From positions 1 to 60,047 of the forward strand of contig CAYXNY010000045.1 of assembly GCA_964467175.1 (NCBI GenBank): a DNA stretch of 60,047 bases, written 5' to 3'. Below, piece after piece: positions 39,106-47,995 of this stretch (position 1 is its first letter; every line of letters begins with the position of its first letter). The notes beneath the pieces are model-generated. The model saw only the letters and a list, made by a program, of their open reading frames with translations. It searched no databases and was not told the DNA's origin. This DNA comes from Candidatus Micrarchaeota archaeon. GTDB lineage: Archaea; Micrarchaeota; Micrarchaeia; Anstonellales; J096. The translations under genes were made by a program, and so were the position numbers.

Positions 39106-39894
39106 ATGGGGGTTTTTATGAAGCTCAGGGAAAAGTTTATCAAAAAAGCCAAAGCCGGGATAAAGGAGGCAGGCGAAAAGAGGGATGCGTATCTTGCGAA
39201 TGTGGAGAGGACTCTTGAAGCGACCGATGAAGTCATAAACGTTCTCGCGGAGAGGCTTGAGGACTGGTATGGGCTGTATTTTCCGGAGCTTAGAAGCGAG
39301 GACAAGGCGCAGTATGCCTCCATAGTGCTTGCAATAAACAATAAGAAAAATATAGACGCCGGCGGGCTCAGGTCTGTTGCTGGAAAGAACGCTGAAAAGA
39401 TTGCTGAAATGGGAAAAAGAAGCAGCGGCGCAGAGGCGTTCGACCTCTCCGAACCAAAAAAGCTGGCGAACGAGATTGTTTCCCTTGCTGCGCTCCGCAG
39501 CCACTATGAAAAAACAATTGAAAATATTGCTAAGGAAATCTGCCCGAACGCAACGGAAATTGCCGGCGGAAGAATAGTGGCCATGCTGATTGCGCACGCC
39601 GGAAGCTTGGAACGGCTTTCAAAAATGCCCGCATCAACAATACAGGTTCTGGGCGCGGAAAGGGCGCTTTTCAAGCACCTTAGAAGCAGAAGAAAAGTCG
39701 CGCCTCCAAAGCACGGCATCTTATTTTTGCACCAATGGATAAGCAAGGCGCCAAAGAAAGTGCGGGGAAAACTCGCGCGCACCATCGCGGCAAAGCTTGC
39801 GATAGCTTTCAAAGTGGATTATGGAAAGGGCGCATTTATAGGCGATAAGCTCAGGGCGCAGATAGACAAAAGGAGGAGGGAACTTCTTAAATGA
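39106..39894 (+). CDS. nop5: Nop5 (Nop56/58) C/D RNP core protein, short form
   Basis: NOP-domain signatures LEDWYGLYFPEL and GGRIVAMLIAHAGSLERLSKMPASTIQVLGAERALFKHL...PKHGILF. It is only 262 aa, so the usual N-terminal domain appears to be missing. Confidence 0.8.
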   Translation: MGVFMKLREKFIKKAKAGIKEAGEKRDAYLANVERTLEATDEVINVLAERLEDWYGLYFPELRSEDKAQYASIVLAINNKKNIDAGGLRSVAGKNAEKIAEMGKRSSGAEAFDLSEPKKLANEIVSLAALRSHYEKTIENIAKEICPNATEIAGGRIVAMLIAHAGSLERLSKMPASTIQVLGAERALFKHLRSRRKVAPPKHGILFLHQWISKAPKKVRGKLARTIAAKLAIAFKVDYGKGAFIGDKLRAQIDKRRRELLK

Positions 39895-40523
39895 TCCGCA
39901 TCCTTGCGCTTGCAGACCTGCACAACGATGAGGCAGTTCTCGACCGGCTCAGGGTTTTGGAATTGGACAGGAGGTATGATTACCTTATTGTCGCCGGAGA
40001 TGTTACGGGAAAAAACATAAGCTATGCCCAGGACTTCATATCCATCGTCCAGCAGGCTTTCTGGGTTCCCGGAAACAACGAAAACGAGGAGGTGAGGGGG
40101 ATGTTTGAGGAGGCGAAATTTTCAGTCCACCGGAAAAGGGTTGAGATAAAGGAGGGGTTTAATGTCGTCGGTTTTGGGTTTTCTACACCCACCCCTTTCA
40201 AAACTCCGGGTGAAATAGCCGACGAGGAGATATATGCGCAGATGTCGGCGTTGCCGATAGATGCAAACACCATTCTAATAACCCACTCGCCGCCATACGG
40301 GCTTTTCGATGATGTTGGCGTGAACATAGGAAGCAAATCCATCAGAAAAATTATAGAAGAGAAGCAGCCGAAGCTCGCGCTCTTCGGCCATGTGCACGAG
40401 CACAGCGGAAAGGCGAACATCGGAAGAACGATATGCGTTAAAATTCCACCCGCGCCCTCGCTGAAGGCGGCGGCCGTTGAGATAAGGCACGGCCATGCTG
40501 AAGTTTTTTTCGTGGAAATATGA
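39891..40523 (+). CDS. Calcineurin-like metallophosphoesterase
   Basis: Motifs ILALADLHND, VAGDV, GNNE, THSPP and GHVHEH occur in canonical order. Confidence 0.75.
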   Translation: MIRILALADLHNDEAVLDRLRVLELDRRYDYLIVAGDVTGKNISYAQDFISIVQQAFWVPGNNENEEVRGMFEEAKFSVHRKRVEIKEGFNVVGFGFSTPTPFKTPGEIADEEIYAQMSALPIDANTILITHSPPYGLFDDVGVNIGSKSIRKIIEEKQPKLALFGHVHEHSGKANIGRTICVKIPPAPSLKAAAVEIRHGHAEVFFVEI

Positions 40524-40909
40524 TCCGTGCTCTGAAAAAAGAAGAGAAGGAAAGTATAAAAACCGTCATAGCTAAGATATTTCCGAACGCAGAGTTCAGC
40601 ATAAAAAATTCTGATAAAATATTTGTTTGCGAAAGAAACTCCGCAATAATCGGGTTCGCCCATTTGAGGTACTACCCGCGCGGAATCGTTATGCTTGGGT
40701 TTGGCGTTCTTGAGAATTTCAGGTCCCAGGGCATAGGAAAACAGATCCTTTCTTTTGTTGTCAAATTGGCAGAAAAATCGCACGAACCCATCTACTTAAA
40801 AGTAAAGAAAAACAACCGCCCCGCTGTTTCTCTTTATAAAAGTTTTGGCTTTAAAATAATTAAATCCAAGGAAGACAGGTTCGTTATGAAGAGAGCCTGC
40901 TTCAGCTGA
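40520..40909 (+). CDS. GNAT-family N-acetyltransferase
   Basis: 129 aa. Acetyl-CoA motif FRSQGIGKQIL. ATGA overlap with the upstream gene. Confidence 0.7.
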   Translation: MIRALKKEEKESIKTVIAKIFPNAEFSIKNSDKIFVCERNSAIIGFAHLRYYPRGIVMLGFGVLENFRSQGIGKQILSFVVKLAEKSHEPIYLKVKKNNRPAVSLYKSFGFKIIKSKEDRFVMKRACFS

Positions 40910-40911
40910 AT

Positions 40912-41123
40912 GGGGAAGTGGGGTAACCTGGTTAGCCTGCGAGCTTTGGGAGCTTGCGATCCCGGTTCAAAACCGAGCTTTTATGGGGGAGGTTTCCCCC
41001 CTAAAAGCTACGCTCCCAAAATCACCCCCCTCAAATTTGAATAAAATTTTGGGGGTTGGGAGAAGACTGGGAGGGGGCAAAGCCCCCTATGAGTTTTGTC
41101 TGGTGGAAATCCGGGCTTCCCCA
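40912..41123 (+). tRNA. tRNA-Pro(TGG) interrupted by ~138-nt insertion/intron in the T-loop
   Basis: 5' part: ggggaag-tg-(D arm gggtaacctggttagcct)-g-cgagc-tttggga-gcttg-cgat-cccgg-ttcaaa..., with anticodon TGG at 40947-40949. The matching 3' part ...aaat-ccggg-cttcccc-a is at 41107-41123. The sequence directly after the 5' part cannot pair with the acceptor. 145 nt lie between the T-stem strands. Confidence 0.7.
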
Positions 41124-41209
41124 AGAGAAACCAGGGGGAACTGCGTTCCCCCCTTTCCTCTACCTTCCCACCCCCCTCCTTAAAGAATGTTTGTGAGGAT
41201 GAATATGGC

Positions 41210-41863
41210 ATGAAAGAAAAATTTCCGGGTGTTTTTGAGGAGAAGAAAGAGCTTTACACGCTCAACATGGTTAAGGGGAAGAAGGTTTATGGAGAGAAGC
41301 TCGTGAAAATCGGGGGAAAGGAATATAGAAGATGGGATCCTTTTAGGAGCAAGCTCGCCGGGGCGATAAGAAAAGGGCTTAAGAATTTTCCATTTTTAAA
41401 AAACACAAAAGTCCTTTATCTCGGTGCTTCCACCGGCACAACCGTAAGCCATCTCTCAGATATAATAAGAGAAGGCGGGATATACGCAGTTGAAGTTTCT
41501 CCCCACTCCATGAATTCTCTCATGGTAGTTGCTGAAAAAAGGGAAAACATTATTCCCATTCTTGCGGATGCTAGAAAGCCGGAAGAGTACGCTGAAATAG
41601 GAAAGGTTGATGTCATATACCAGGATGTCGCCCAGCCGGACCAGGACGACATTTTGATTCTGAACGCAAAAAAATTTCTGAAAAAAGGGGGATATGCACT
41701 TTTCTGCGTGAAAAGCCAGAGCATAGATGTTGTAAAAAAACCAGAAGATGTTTTTGAAAATGTGAAGAACAAACTTAAACAATATTTTGAAATAGAAGAG
41801 GAAATCCCTCTAGATCCGTACGATAAGGACCATCTATTCCTTGTTCTGAAATTCAAGGGTTAG
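41210..41863 (+). CDS. flpA: Fibrillarin (rRNA/tRNA 2'-O-methyltransferase)
   Basis: Trimmed to MKEKFPGVFEE... because the listed start at 41096 overlaps the tRNA-Pro 3' exon. Motifs YRRWDPFRSKLAGAI, VLYLGASTGTTVSHLSD and DVAQPDQ. Confidence 0.9.
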   Translation: MKEKFPGVFEEKKELYTLNMVKGKKVYGEKLVKIGGKEYRRWDPFRSKLAGAIRKGLKNFPFLKNTKVLYLGASTGTTVSHLSDIIREGGIYAVEVSPHSMNSLMVVAEKRENIIPILADARKPEEYAEIGKVDVIYQDVAQPDQDDILILNAKKFLKKGGYALFCVKSQSIDVVKKPEDVFENVKNKLKQYFEIEEEIPLDPYDKDHLFLVLKFKG

Positions 41864-42945
41864 ATATAACCCAAAAGATGTGCGAGCATAAGGAAGAACA
41901 ATCCCAGGAGAATAATTCCTGAAATTAGGTGGATCGTTCTTATGTACTTCTCCCTAGTTTCGCTTATTTTCTGCACAGTTGCGTATCCAGCCACAACAAG
42001 CGCGGTTATCATTATCATTGGCAGGATGAAGAACAGATTGTAAACGATTAGGTACATCAAATGAAGCACGCTCATTTCCTTTGCCAGTAGCCCAAGCACC
42101 ATAAGGTAAGGTCCTGAGGAGCACGGAAGGAGGAATATTGAGCAGAGAATCGCGGCGCCAACTACGCCGGGAATGGATGTTGCTTTTGAAATGGCCTGTT
42201 TTGCATAAGGCCTCAGAAACATGGGCATCTCAACAGCAAAGAACCCAGGTTTATAGTTAAAATACGCGTTTATTTCCATAATAGCCAGCACGAGCGCGCC
42301 AACCGTCACAACGATGAAAAATATTTCAGTTAAACCGGTTGTTGTTATTGCCTTCAGAATCCCAAGCCCAAAAAGAAGGTACATAAAAAAGACCGTTGCT
42401 GTGAAGGCGATTCCCGCGATGAGCGCTTTTTTCCTCCCTTCAGAAACAAGTATGACCGCAAGAAGCATTGCCATTACCGCAAGGGTGCAGGGGTTTATTG
42501 AATCAACAAGCGCAGCGCCTATGAGCACGCTCCAGGTTAGTTCGGATGGCGGCTTGCTCGCTATCTCCGAAAAATCATTTGCGCTGTATACTCCTTCCAA
42601 GCAATTTCCGGCTATGCACTGCTGAAAAATATGCTCCCAGTATTCCTTTGGCATCTCGCCTATTATTAGCATTTTGTTGTTTACAAGTGTTGTCGGCACT
42701 CCGCCGGAGTATGGGTTCACATTGAACCTTTCATAAAGCGCGAACATCTCATTTCTATTGGCATAATCCTGGTAGACTTCTTTCTCCGCGATGCTTAGGG
42801 CATAGCTTTTTTTCAGGTCTTCAAAAACAGATTCTGTTCTTGCGCAATGCGGGCATCCAACTCCATAGTAAAATGTTATGTTTATCTGTTGCGCGAAAAT
42901 TGCTGCAAACAGCATGAAAAGCAAAATAATTTGTTTTGTTTTCAT
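41860..42945 (-). CDS. Thioredoxin-like domain fused to CcdA/DsbD-type thiol:disulfide transporter
   Basis: Trimmed to MKTKQIILLF... because the listed start overlaps tRNA-Tyr. Signal/TM helix, CxxC (YGVGCPHCARTE), then a polytopic domain with DSINPCTLAVMAMLL and LPCSSGPYL motifs. Confidence 0.7.
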   Translation of the reverse strand: MKTKQIILLFMLFAAIFAQQINITFYYGVGCPHCARTESVFEDLKKSYALSIAEKEVYQDYANRNEMFALYERFNVNPYSGGVPTTLVNNKMLIIGEMPKEYWEHIFQQCIAGNCLEGVYSANDFSEIASKPPSELTWSVLIGAALVDSINPCTLAVMAMLLAVILVSEGRKKALIAGIAFTATVFFMYLLFGLGILKAITTTGLTEIFFIVVTVGALVLAIMEINAYFNYKPGFFAVEMPMFLRPYAKQAISKATSIPGVVGAAILCSIFLLPCSSGPYLMVLGLLAKEMSVLHLMYLIVYNLFFILPMIMITALVVAGYATVQKISETREKYIRTIHLISGIILLGLFFLMLAHLLGYI

Positions 42946-42960
42946 ATTTACCACCTCAAA

Positions 42961-43063
42961 TCCCGTCGGGCGGACTTGAACCACCAACCTGCCGGTTCCC
43001 ACAGGTGCATTTACGCTGTGCTGAAATCTACAGCCGGCCGCTCTACCGTTGAGCTACGACGGG
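42961..43063 (-). tRNA. tRNA-Tyr(GTA) with 31-nt anticodon-loop intron
   Basis: Minus strand: cccgtcg-ta-gctc-aacggta-gagc-g-gccgg-ctgtag[31 nt]a-ccggc-aggtt-ggtgg-ttcaagt-ccgcc-cgacggg-a. The C1:G72 pair is the archaeal/eukaryal Tyr identity element. Confidence 0.85.
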
Positions 43064-43102
43064 TTGCCCTTTATCTTTTTTCTGTTTATTAGCATAAGTA
43101 TT

Positions 43103-44677
43103 TTAACTTATTTCTCCAAGCAGGACCCTTTGGAATTCTATCGGGTACCATGCGTCCAATGCCTTTATCGCGAAGTCCAGCTTCTCCTCGCTTTCTGCGT
43201 ATATATCAAAAAGTATATCCCCCTTTTCTACCTTATCTCCCTTCATTCTGTAGAGATATATGCCCGCGCCTTTGTCCATCGGCGCGCCCGTAGCCCTCGC
43301 AATCTTTGAAATTATTTTGTTGTCTATGTGCGCTATCTTTCCGCTCCTCTCGGCCTTTACAGAATACTTGTGCTCTCCTAGAGGAATGCTATCCGATGTT
43401 ATGGTCGGGTCGCCTCCCTGCGCCTCTATTATCTCCCTCATTTTTTTGAGCGCCTTTCCGCTGAGTATAAAATGCTCTGCAACAGCATACCCGTCGCCCT
43501 TCGCGACCTTTCCAGACATCTCAAGAAGCTTGCCGGCAAGGAGCAGGCTTTTATTCTTCAAATCCTCAGGCCCCCTTCCCTCAAGAACCTGCATGACATC
43601 CCTTGCCTCCAGCGCAGGCCCGATCCCATTCCCAACCGGCTCTGAACCTTCAGTTATCAAAACATCTATATTCATGCCGACCATTTTTCCTATTTTTATA
43701 AAATCATTTGCGAGGGCTTTCGCCTTTTCAATGTTTTCCACCTTTGCGCCCATCCCGACCGGAATGTCTATAACAACATATTCTGCTCCGACCGCTTTTT
43801 TCTTTGCTAGTATGCTTGCAAGAAGAATGCCCTTCGGGTCCAAGCCAAGAGGCCTCCTTATCCTTATAAGATGGTCGTCAGCAGAGGCTATATTTATCCC
43901 CCCGCCCCACACAATTGCGCCATGCACATTATTCACTATCTCCCTCAGCTCGTTCATTTTTATATTCACGTTTGCAAGAACCTCCATCGTGTCCGCGGTT
44001 CCGGCCGCGGATGTAATTGCTCTTGAAGAGGTTTTTGCTATGTACAGGCCGGCAGCGGCGACAATAGGCACAACAACCATCGTTGTCCTGTTCCCCGCAA
44101 CTCCACCCACGCAATGTTTGTCAACTATTGGGGTTTTCCCAAGCCGGAGCATTTCCCCGGATGCCGCTATCGATTCTGTAAGCGCAACCGTTTCCCTGTC
44201 GCTCATCCCCCTTATGTATGTTGATGCGATCCATGTTGCAAGCTCCGGCTCCGCAAGTTTGTTCGCCATCAGGTCGTTTATCACTGACTCTATCTCCTCT
44301 TTTGAAAGCTCGTTTCCATCCAGTTTTTTCTTTATGGATTCCAAACTAACCGGCGTCGGTAGGTGCTGTATCTCTATTATATCCCCGTCGCTCAGCTCCA
44401 GTTCCTTAGCCACATCCTTGAAAACTCCTATCTCCCCTGCCTTCACCATCTCGCTGCTCAAATCAACTATCGCTGTGTGGTCTTCGCCCCTTATCCTCAG
44501 CCCCACCCTGTTTCCAGGATAGATTTCGTTCTGCATCGCCTCGCTGTCGTTCAGAACTATTATTTTTTTTCCAGTAACAATATCTATTGTTTTAACCTGG
44601 CAGATATACTTTTTGTACTTCCATACCTCCATCTCTTTCTTCTCTCTTTCGGAGGGCATTTCAGCATAATCCGCCAT
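43103..44677 (-). CDS. deoA: AMP phosphorylase / thymidine-phosphorylase family (archaeal long form)
   Basis: 524 aa. N-terminal extension plus glycosyltransferase family-3 core (DKHCVGGVAGNRTT, TSSRAITSAAGTADTME) and a C-terminal alpha/beta domain. Confidence 0.8.
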   Translation of the reverse strand: MADYAEMPSEREKKEMEVWKYKKYICQVKTIDIVTGKKIIVLNDSEAMQNEIYPGNRVGLRIRGEDHTAIVDLSSEMVKAGEIGVFKDVAKELELSDGDIIEIQHLPTPVSLESIKKKLDGNELSKEEIESVINDLMANKLAEPELATWIASTYIRGMSDRETVALTESIAASGEMLRLGKTPIVDKHCVGGVAGNRTTMVVVPIVAAAGLYIAKTSSRAITSAAGTADTMEVLANVNIKMNELREIVNNVHGAIVWGGGINIASADDHLIRIRRPLGLDPKGILLASILAKKKAVGAEYVVIDIPVGMGAKVENIEKAKALANDFIKIGKMVGMNIDVLITEGSEPVGNGIGPALEARDVMQVLEGRGPEDLKNKSLLLAGKLLEMSGKVAKGDGYAVAEHFILSGKALKKMREIIEAQGGDPTITSDSIPLGEHKYSVKAERSGKIAHIDNKIISKIARATGAPMDKGAGIYLYRMKGDKVEKGDILFDIYAESEEKLDFAIKALDAWYPIEFQRVLLGEIS

Positions 44678-44702
44678 GCTACAAAAATAAGTCCGATTAT
44701 TT

Positions 44703-45245
44703 TTAAACCTTTTTCTTTTTTCCGTTGTTCTTGCCTTCCTCTTCTATTACAACAACATCCTCGAGCGTAATCATATGGTCTGTTTTCTCTCCGTATGTTA
44801 TCCCCCGCTTCTCCGCGGCTTTTTTCATCTTCAACTTTTCATAAAACCCTTTCAGCTCCTTCCTTATCTTCTTCAGCTTCCCGTCAATCTCATCCATCTT
44901 CGCCTTTATTTCGTTCAGGTCGTTTTCAACAAGTTTAAGTTTTTTCCTCGCCCTGAAAACGCCCTTGTGTTTTGAGAGCTGCCTCTCAAGCTCCATGATT
45001 TTTTTTACAAGGGCTCTTTCCATCTGCGGCGTATGAGCCTGCGTGGCGACCTTGAACTCCAGCCCTTTCAGCTGCTTCATCAGATTATCCACTCTTACAT
45101 CCTTTGTCTTTTCAACAAAAGGTGCGAGCGCCTTGTGCTCCATGGTTTTGTACTTGAGGCGGTTGTTCAGCGTTCTTATCTCATCTATCAGCACCTTCTT
45201 CTCATCCTCAAGCTGTTTTATGCGCTCTTCTATTTCGCTTGCCAT
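44703..45245 (-). CDS. Coiled-coil protein, unknown function
   Basis: 180 aa, K/E-rich with heptad periodicity throughout. Confidence 0.4.
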   Translation of the reverse strand: MASEIEERIKQLEDEKKVLIDEIRTLNNRLKYKTMEHKALAPFVEKTKDVRVDNLMKQLKGLEFKVATQAHTPQMERALVKKIMELERQLSKHKGVFRARKKLKLVENDLNEIKAKMDEIDGKLKKIRKELKGFYEKLKMKKAAEKRGITYGEKTDHMITLEDVVVIEEEGKNNGKKKKV

Positions 45246-45431
45246 GCAACCACATAATTCGCCAGTTTTAATTTTATACTATTCAACAATAGTTTTAAAA
45301 ACTATGAGGGCAGGAGGGAATTGTGTCTTCCTAGCCCAAAGGGTTTAACCCTGGGTTTTCCGCTTAAAATTTTCCGTCTGCTCGCGCGGGGTATAGCAAA
45401 TTTAAAAAATGTTAGCATAGAATATTTTCTG

Positions 45432-46478
45432 ATGAAAAGAAAAGAGCTCGAGAAACTGATATCGCTTACTTTTGACGAGTCGCCAAGCGTGAGAAAAAAC
45501 GCAGCCATACAGCTGGGCGGGATAGATGACCCCGCGGCAATATTCGCCCTCTTGGAGCTCAGCTACGACAAGGAGCCGGAGGTGAGCCAGACCGCGAGAA
45601 AAATACTTGAAGAAAAAAGAAACGGCGAAACAACTGAAACCATGTCGTTCGCAGAGCTTTTTGAAGCCGGAGCGGAGAAGCCCAGAAAAGAGTTTGCGGT
45701 TCCCTCGACAAAAAGGAAAAAACTTCTTGAGCCGATTGAAAAACTTTTCGAGAAAAAACTCGGGAAGGAGAAGGGAGAGCGGATAAAGGCAAAGATGATG
45801 CCGGCAATAGAGCGCATATACGACAATGTTATTGAGAAGAAGGTTGATGAGAAAAAGGTGCAGAACCTTCTTACAAGCTATCTTGATGCAATAGGGAGCA
45901 TGCCGGAAAAGGATATCGAATCAATAGGAAGGGTTGAGGAGCTTGAGACGATCGAGGATAAAGCCGGAAAATTGGAGGAGACCGAGGAGGAGCCAGAAGC
46001 CGAACAACCGCAAGGTGTCGAACCCACTATTTTCCGCCATGCGATGGATGTTATGAAGGAAAGCGAGGGGGATGAAAACATAATGCTCAGGGAGATAAAA
46101 AAGCTTAAAAAATACATGAACGAGCAGATAGACCTTGCTTTCAGCGTTGCAAAAAACAGGTTCAAGAAGGTTCACATCACCCATCTAACAGATATAAAAG
46201 ACGGGATGAGAAACATAAATACAGATGAACTTTTTGTTGTTGATGTCCAGCATGGCGAGTACCAAAAAACAAAAACCAGAAAAGATCTCTACACAAGAGT
46301 TTTGGTGCGCGATGGAGAAGGAAGCGAGGGTATTGTTTATCTTTTTGAAGGTCGCGGGCAGTTCGTAAAGCCCGGGATGAAAATAAAAGTAGTAAAAGGG
46401 ATTGCAAAAACATTCAAATTCTCAGGCGAAACCGCCCTGACCGTTACAAAAACAGGGAATGTTTATATTGTGCTTTGA
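45432..46478 (+). CDS. HEAT-repeat protein with acidic linker and C-terminal beta (OB-like) domain
   Basis: Trimmed to MKRKELEKL... HEAT/PBS-lyase-like repeat DESPSVRKNAAIQLGGIDDPAAIFALLELSYDKEPEVSQTA. The C-terminal ~100 aa are beta-rich. Confidence 0.45.
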   Translation: MKRKELEKLISLTFDESPSVRKNAAIQLGGIDDPAAIFALLELSYDKEPEVSQTARKILEEKRNGETTETMSFAELFEAGAEKPRKEFAVPSTKRKKLLEPIEKLFEKKLGKEKGERIKAKMMPAIERIYDNVIEKKVDEKKVQNLLTSYLDAIGSMPEKDIESIGRVEELETIEDKAGKLEETEEEPEAEQPQGVEPTIFRHAMDVMKESEGDENIMLREIKKLKKYMNEQIDLAFSVAKNRFKKVHITHLTDIKDGMRNINTDELFVVDVQHGEYQKTKTRKDLYTRVLVRDGEGSEGIVYLFEGRGQFVKPGMKIKVVKGIAKTFKFSGETALTVTKTGNVYIVL

Positions 46479-46510
46479 ATTCGCTTCTTCCTTATAGATA
46501 AGGCGAACGA

Positions 46511-47410
46511 ATGGTTTACGATACAAGCAAAGAAAAAGAAGAAATAAAAAAATTCGAAGAAAACAAGATTGCCCTTCTTCATGATAAAGATGGATTTTAT
46601 AGTATAGTCTACAGGGCAGGGAAAGGAGAAAAACTTACAGAAGAGTGCCCTATAAAAGAACCGACCATAAGTGAAAAAGTGTTGTATCTCACCCCGCCCC
46701 GAATTATAAAAAGCGGTTCAGGTGATGAAAGAATTATTACATATGGCATAGGGATTTCAAAAGGCCAGATAGAATACTACAAATTCACATACAAAAATGA
46801 TGAGACATCTGTTGAAAAAATCACACATTCAGAAGCTCCTTTTTCAATACTCAACCTAACCTACACGCCATATCCAGCAATGGTGCTTGCATCAAAAGAA
46901 TTGATGGAAGAAGCAGAGAGCACAGAAACAAAACAAAGGTATGTGATTCAAACAGTTGAAGATATAATAAAACTTTCAGAAATGATTTTTTCCCTTCCTC
47001 AGCAAATTAGTGAAGAAGCAAGAGAGATGGAGAAAAGATGGTATTCCAAAATTCCATTTCTTGGAGATCTTGTTCTAGGAAGATGGCTTGAAGGAAAAGC
47101 AAGAGAATGGAGTTCGCAGTTTAGATCAAATATTGAAAATCCTCCGTTAGCAACGACCGAGGATTTTCTCAAAGGTGCTCCTGGGGATTGCACCCAACAT
47201 ACCATTGGTTTGTATTCTTTGGGAAAAGCTGCTGGTATGGATATGGAAATATGCTATACTATGGGGTATGCAAGTGCAGGAGATGGGGCAATAAGGACAG
47301 TGGGGCATAGTTTTCCATTCAGAAAAACAGCATTTGGTTATTTCATATATGATTCTGCACTTGGAAATGTAGTTTTTATCCAGGACTTTTTGGTTTGTGG
47401 TGGTATGTAA
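46511..47410 (+). CDS. Transglutaminase-like (papain-fold Cys-His-Asp) domain protein
   Basis: C-terminal GDCTQHTIGLYSLGKAAGMDMEICY...VGHSFPF...FIYDSALG has the order and spacing of the transglutaminase-core catalytic triad. Confidence 0.45.
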   Translation: MVYDTSKEKEEIKKFEENKIALLHDKDGFYSIVYRAGKGEKLTEECPIKEPTISEKVLYLTPPRIIKSGSGDERIITYGIGISKGQIEYYKFTYKNDETSVEKITHSEAPFSILNLTYTPYPAMVLASKELMEEAESTETKQRYVIQTVEDIIKLSEMIFSLPQQISEEAREMEKRWYSKIPFLGDLVLGRWLEGKAREWSSQFRSNIENPPLATTEDFLKGAPGDCTQHTIGLYSLGKAAGMDMEICYTMGYASAGDGAIRTVGHSFPFRKTAFGYFIYDSALGNVVFIQDFLVCGGM

Positions 47411-47994
47411 ACAAAACACTTATACCACAGTTAGAAAGCAGAGGATATGTAATAGAAAAAAATTATAGAACATACAAAGAAGAAAGAGAGGCGCAGGGAA
47501 TGTGGGTTTTTGATGCTGTTTATTCTCCAGAAGCAGAGAATGCTCTTGATAATCTTGAAAAAAGAGAGCTCATTTTAAAAAGCGTTGAAATGGGCTTTGG
47601 GCATGAACAGACATGGACGCTTCTCGGATTGACTTCTGAAACTTCTGATGAAATAAGAAAATGGAAAGAGAAGCTTCCAAGGAGCACTTATTTTTATGCA
47701 TACTTGGACGGCTTCGAAAAGTTTGTTGCTGGAGAATATCAAGCTGCAATAAAAAGCTTTGATAAAGCTGGGAGAATGGCACCGTTTGAAGAGGTTTATT
47801 CTTTGAGAGGTCTTTATCGCTCCTATATTATGCTTGGTAATATCTCAGTTTTTCAAGAAAAATATAGCGAAGCGGCAGTATTCTACCAAACAGCCGAAGA
47901 GATCTGTTTAAAGACCGTCAAAATAACAAAGAATGAAGAGTTCGATGTAAATAACTTAGAATTAATTAGAAGCGAATTGGAGAAACTAAAATAA
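47395..47994 (+). CDS. TPR-like helical protein; start uncertain
   Basis: The listed start is TTG and overlaps the upstream gene by 16 nt. The first ATG is at 47500. TPR-like AGEYQAAIKSFDKAGRM and YSEAAVFYQTAEEI. Confidence 0.4.
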   Translation: MWWYVNKTLIPQLESRGYVIEKNYRTYKEEREAQGMWVFDAVYSPEAENALDNLEKRELILKSVEMGFGHEQTWTLLGLTSETSDEIRKWKEKLPRSTYFYAYLDGFEKFVAGEYQAAIKSFDKAGRMAPFEEVYSLRGLYRSYIMLGNISVFQEKYSEAAVFYQTAEEICLKTVKITKNEEFDVNNLELIRSELEKLK

Positions 47995-47995
47995 C

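Noticed and set aside
40022-40783. 253-aa minus-strand ORF
   Set aside because: It is antisense to the metallophosphoesterase and GNAT genes, both of which show canonical motif order.
40912-40980. tRNA-Pro 5' part as a pseudogene or a trans-split tRNA half
   Set aside because: A perfectly matching 3' T-stem and acceptor segment lies 138 nt downstream on the same strand. A cis insertion or intron is therefore the simpler reading. A pseudogene remains possible and is noted in the finding.
41096-41209. N-terminal extension of the fibrillarin ORF
   Set aside because: It overlaps the tRNA-Pro 3' exon and the G/C hairpin region. The conserved fibrillarin sequence begins at the ATG at 41210.
42946-43002. 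N-terminal extension of the Trx-CcdA ORF
   Set aside because: It overlaps the tRNA-Tyr gene on the same strand. The ATG at 42945 is preceded by GAGGTGG and begins a signal/TM helix.
43260-44522. 420-aa ORF on the plus strand
   Set aside because: It lies entirely antisense to the well-supported AMP phosphorylase gene. Its S/P/F/I-rich low-complexity translation is typical of the reverse frame of a real gene.
45290-45400. GC-richer divergent intergenic region with small hairpins, considered as an ncRNA gene
   Set aside because: Only short imperfect stems are present, with no recognisable family signature. It may simply be two divergent promoters and 5' UTRs. There is not enough evidence to call a feature.
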